Source: an uncultured Actinomycetes bacterium (GTDB lineage: Bacteria > Actinomycetota > UBA4738 > HRBIN12). From it: a DNA stretch of 64,000 bases. Shown here in pieces: positions 62,417-64,000 of the stretch (positions are counted from its first letter, which is position 1; each line of letters opens with the position of its first letter). The notes under the pieces are model-generated. The model was not told where the DNA came from. It worked only from the letters and a program-made list of their open reading frames with translations, and ran no database searches. The position numbers were made by a program, and so were the translations under genes. The stretch is from assembly GCA_963831325.1 (NCBI GenBank), contig CAWHQA010000025.1, positions 79,738 through 143,737 on the forward strand, read 5' to 3'.

Positions 62417-63906
62417 GACCCACCCGCCATCGACCGCAGCTCCTCACGAGCGACTACCCGATCGTCGAAATCGATCGTCCGGTCGGCGAACTCCTGGCGG
62501 GGCTCGTGCCCCTTGCCCGCGATCACGATCACGTCGCCCGGCCCGGCCTCGGCGAACGCCCGGGCGATAGCGATCCGCCGATCCGGCTCGATCGCGTACT
62601 CGCCACTCCCTTCGAGAGCACCGCGCTCGATCTCGGCGATGATCGTGAGCGGGTCTTCCGATCGGGGGTTGTCGGTCGTGATGATCGTGAGGTCGGCGGT
62701 CGAGGTGGCGGTCTTCCCCATCAGGGGTCGCTTGGCGCGGTCGCGGTCTCCCCCGCAACCGAACACGACGATCAGCCGGCCCGTGGCCAGCGGGCGAGTG
62801 GCCAGCAGCACGCCGAGGATGCTATCCGGCGTGTGCGCGTAGTCCACCACCACGAGGAACCGTTGCCCCTCGTCGACAGGCTCCACCCTGCCGGGTACCT
62901 CGCGCACGTCGGCGATGCCGTCGGCGATCGCGTCGTCGGGCACGCCCACCGCGCGCGACAACGCGATCGCGGCCAGGCAGTTCGACACGTTGAAGGCACC
63001 TCGCAGCGACGAGTGGATCCGCATGCCGTCGACACGGAACTCGAGACCTGATGTCGACACCTCGACGTCGGTCGCCCGCAGATCGGCATCAGCCTCCACC
63101 GCGAACGTCGAGATCGCGATCTCAGGTGTCTCGAGCAGCCGGCGGCCGAACGGATCATCGGCATTCACGACACCTCGCCGGGCCAGCCGCGATGTGAACA
63201 GTGACGCCTTGGCGTCGAAGTAGTCCTGCATCGACGGGTGGTAGTCGAGGTGGTCCTGCGACAGGTTGGTGAACGCGACGGCGTCGAACATGACGCCGCC
63301 GACCCTGTGCTGGGCAAGGGCATGCGACGAGACCTCCATCGCCACGAGCCCCACGTCGGAGTCGCGCATCAAGGCGAGCAGCCGGTGCAGGTCCGGGGCC
63401 TCCGGCGTCGTGCGCTCGAGCGGCGCGGGCTCGCCGCCGACCCGCGCTCCGGTCGTGCCGATCATGCCCACTCGGATGCCGGCACGTCGCGCGATCGCCT
63501 CGAGCAGATAGGTCGTGGTCGTCTTGCCGTTCGTCCCGGTGACGCCCAACATCGTCATCGACGTCGCCGGCTCGCGGAAGGCGCGGGCCGCGACGGGGCC
63601 CATAGCTTCGCGAACGGAGGGCACCATCGTCTGGGTGCTCGGGAGATCGAGCCAGCGTTCGACGAGCAGGGCGGACGCGCCCGCATCGAGCGCTTCGCGG
63701 GCGAAGTCGTGACCGTCGGAGGACCCGCCGCGCACGCAGCAGAACAACGCCCCAGCGCTGACCGAACGGGAGTCGGCGACCACGTCGAGGACCGAGACGG
63801 CCGGATCACCTCGCGTCTGCGCACCGTGCTCGGCCTCGACCAGCGCCGACAGCGGAATCGGCGGGAAGGCAGGCGCAGGCGGGGGAAGAGCCGATGGGGA
63901 GGACAC
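62413..63906 (-). CDS. murE: UDP-N-acetylmuramoyl-L-alanyl-D-glutamate--2,6-diaminopimelate ligase
   Basis: 497 aa intact ORF with GVTGTNGKTTTTYL, and DYAHTPD followed by GCGGDRDRAKRP, typical of MurE. Confidence 0.93.
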   Translation of the reverse strand: MSSPSALPPPAPAFPPIPLSALVEAEHGAQTRGDPAVSVLDVVADSRSVSAGALFCCVRGGSSDGHDFAREALDAGASALLVERWLDLPSTQTMVPSVREAMGPVAARAFREPATSMTMLGVTGTNGKTTTTYLLEAIARRAGIRVGMIGTTGARVGGEPAPLERTTPEAPDLHRLLALMRDSDVGLVAMEVSSHALAQHRVGGVMFDAVAFTNLSQDHLDYHPSMQDYFDAKASLFTSRLARRGVVNADDPFGRRLLETPEIAISTFAVEADADLRATDVEVSTSGLEFRVDGMRIHSSLRGAFNVSNCLAAIALSRAVGVPDDAIADGIADVREVPGRVEPVDEGQRFLVVVDYAHTPDSILGVLLATRPLATGRLIVVFGCGGDRDRAKRPLMGKTATSTADLTIITTDNPRSEDPLTIIAEIERGALEGSGEYAIEPDRRIAIARAFAEAGPGDVIVIAGKGHEPRQEFADRTIDFDDRVVAREELRSMAGGS

Positions 63907-63949
63907 CGATCCCGAGCTTACCGGTGCCCTCGCCGAGGGTCGGTAGCCG

Positions 63950-64000
63950 TCAGGAGGTTCCCCGGGCGTGGAGCGGCGGGCCGACCGTGGGCGCGGCCGG
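63950..64000 (-). CDS. 3' end of an upstream gene (probably the dcw penicillin-binding protein), partial
   Basis: The minus-strand frame is open from the window edge and ends ...PAAPTVGPPLHARGTS-TGA at 63950. Only 16 codons are visible, so the identity is inferred from dcw gene order alone. Confidence 0.25.
   Translation of the reverse strand, partial: PAAPTVGPPLHARGTS

Overview
This is a GC-rich, actinobacterial-type core chromosome segment with no transposase, integrase, CRISPR array or recognisable defence genes. From left to right it contains:
- an S9 peptidase, a class-V aminotransferase, an amidohydrolase and a BetA-like GMC oxidoreductase;
- a split DUF222-HNH gene preceded by a perfect LexA box;
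- uvrB;
- a roughly 6.5 kb run of transport and metabolic genes that all need many frame changes to read;
- coaE, rpsA and polA;
- a DtxR-family regulator and an FTR1 iron permease;
- a second degraded amino-acid ABC locus, tRNA-Leu(CAA) and an ornithine cyclodeaminase-like gene;
- an intact livKHMGF-type operon, then a hisA-like gene followed by trpCBA;
- dnaE, rluD, lspA and a dksA-like gene;
- a T-box leader followed by ileS;
- the division and cell-wall cluster: divIVA, yggT, sepF, yggS, ftsZ, ftsQ, murB, murC, murG, ftsW, murD, mraY, murF, murE.

The most striking signal is the uneven distribution of frameshifts. Three patches are dense with them (about 10.5-17.0 kb, 25.2-29.1 kb and parts of 50.6-60.0 kb, the last including essential murD and ftsW). 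They sit between long stretches with none, for example 29.5-50.6 kb. I cannot tell from sequence alone whether this is locally unpolished assembly or real gene decay.

Other candidates worth checking:
- an SOS box in front of the HNH gene;
- a perfect inverted pair of DnaA-box-like 9-mers in the dnaE leader;
- a terminator-type T-box on ileS;
- a DtxR homolog with altered primary metal-site residues;
- a HisA-fold gene heading trpCBA where no trpF is visible;
- a 396 bp structured convergent spacer.

I did not find a convincing new multi-gene system.
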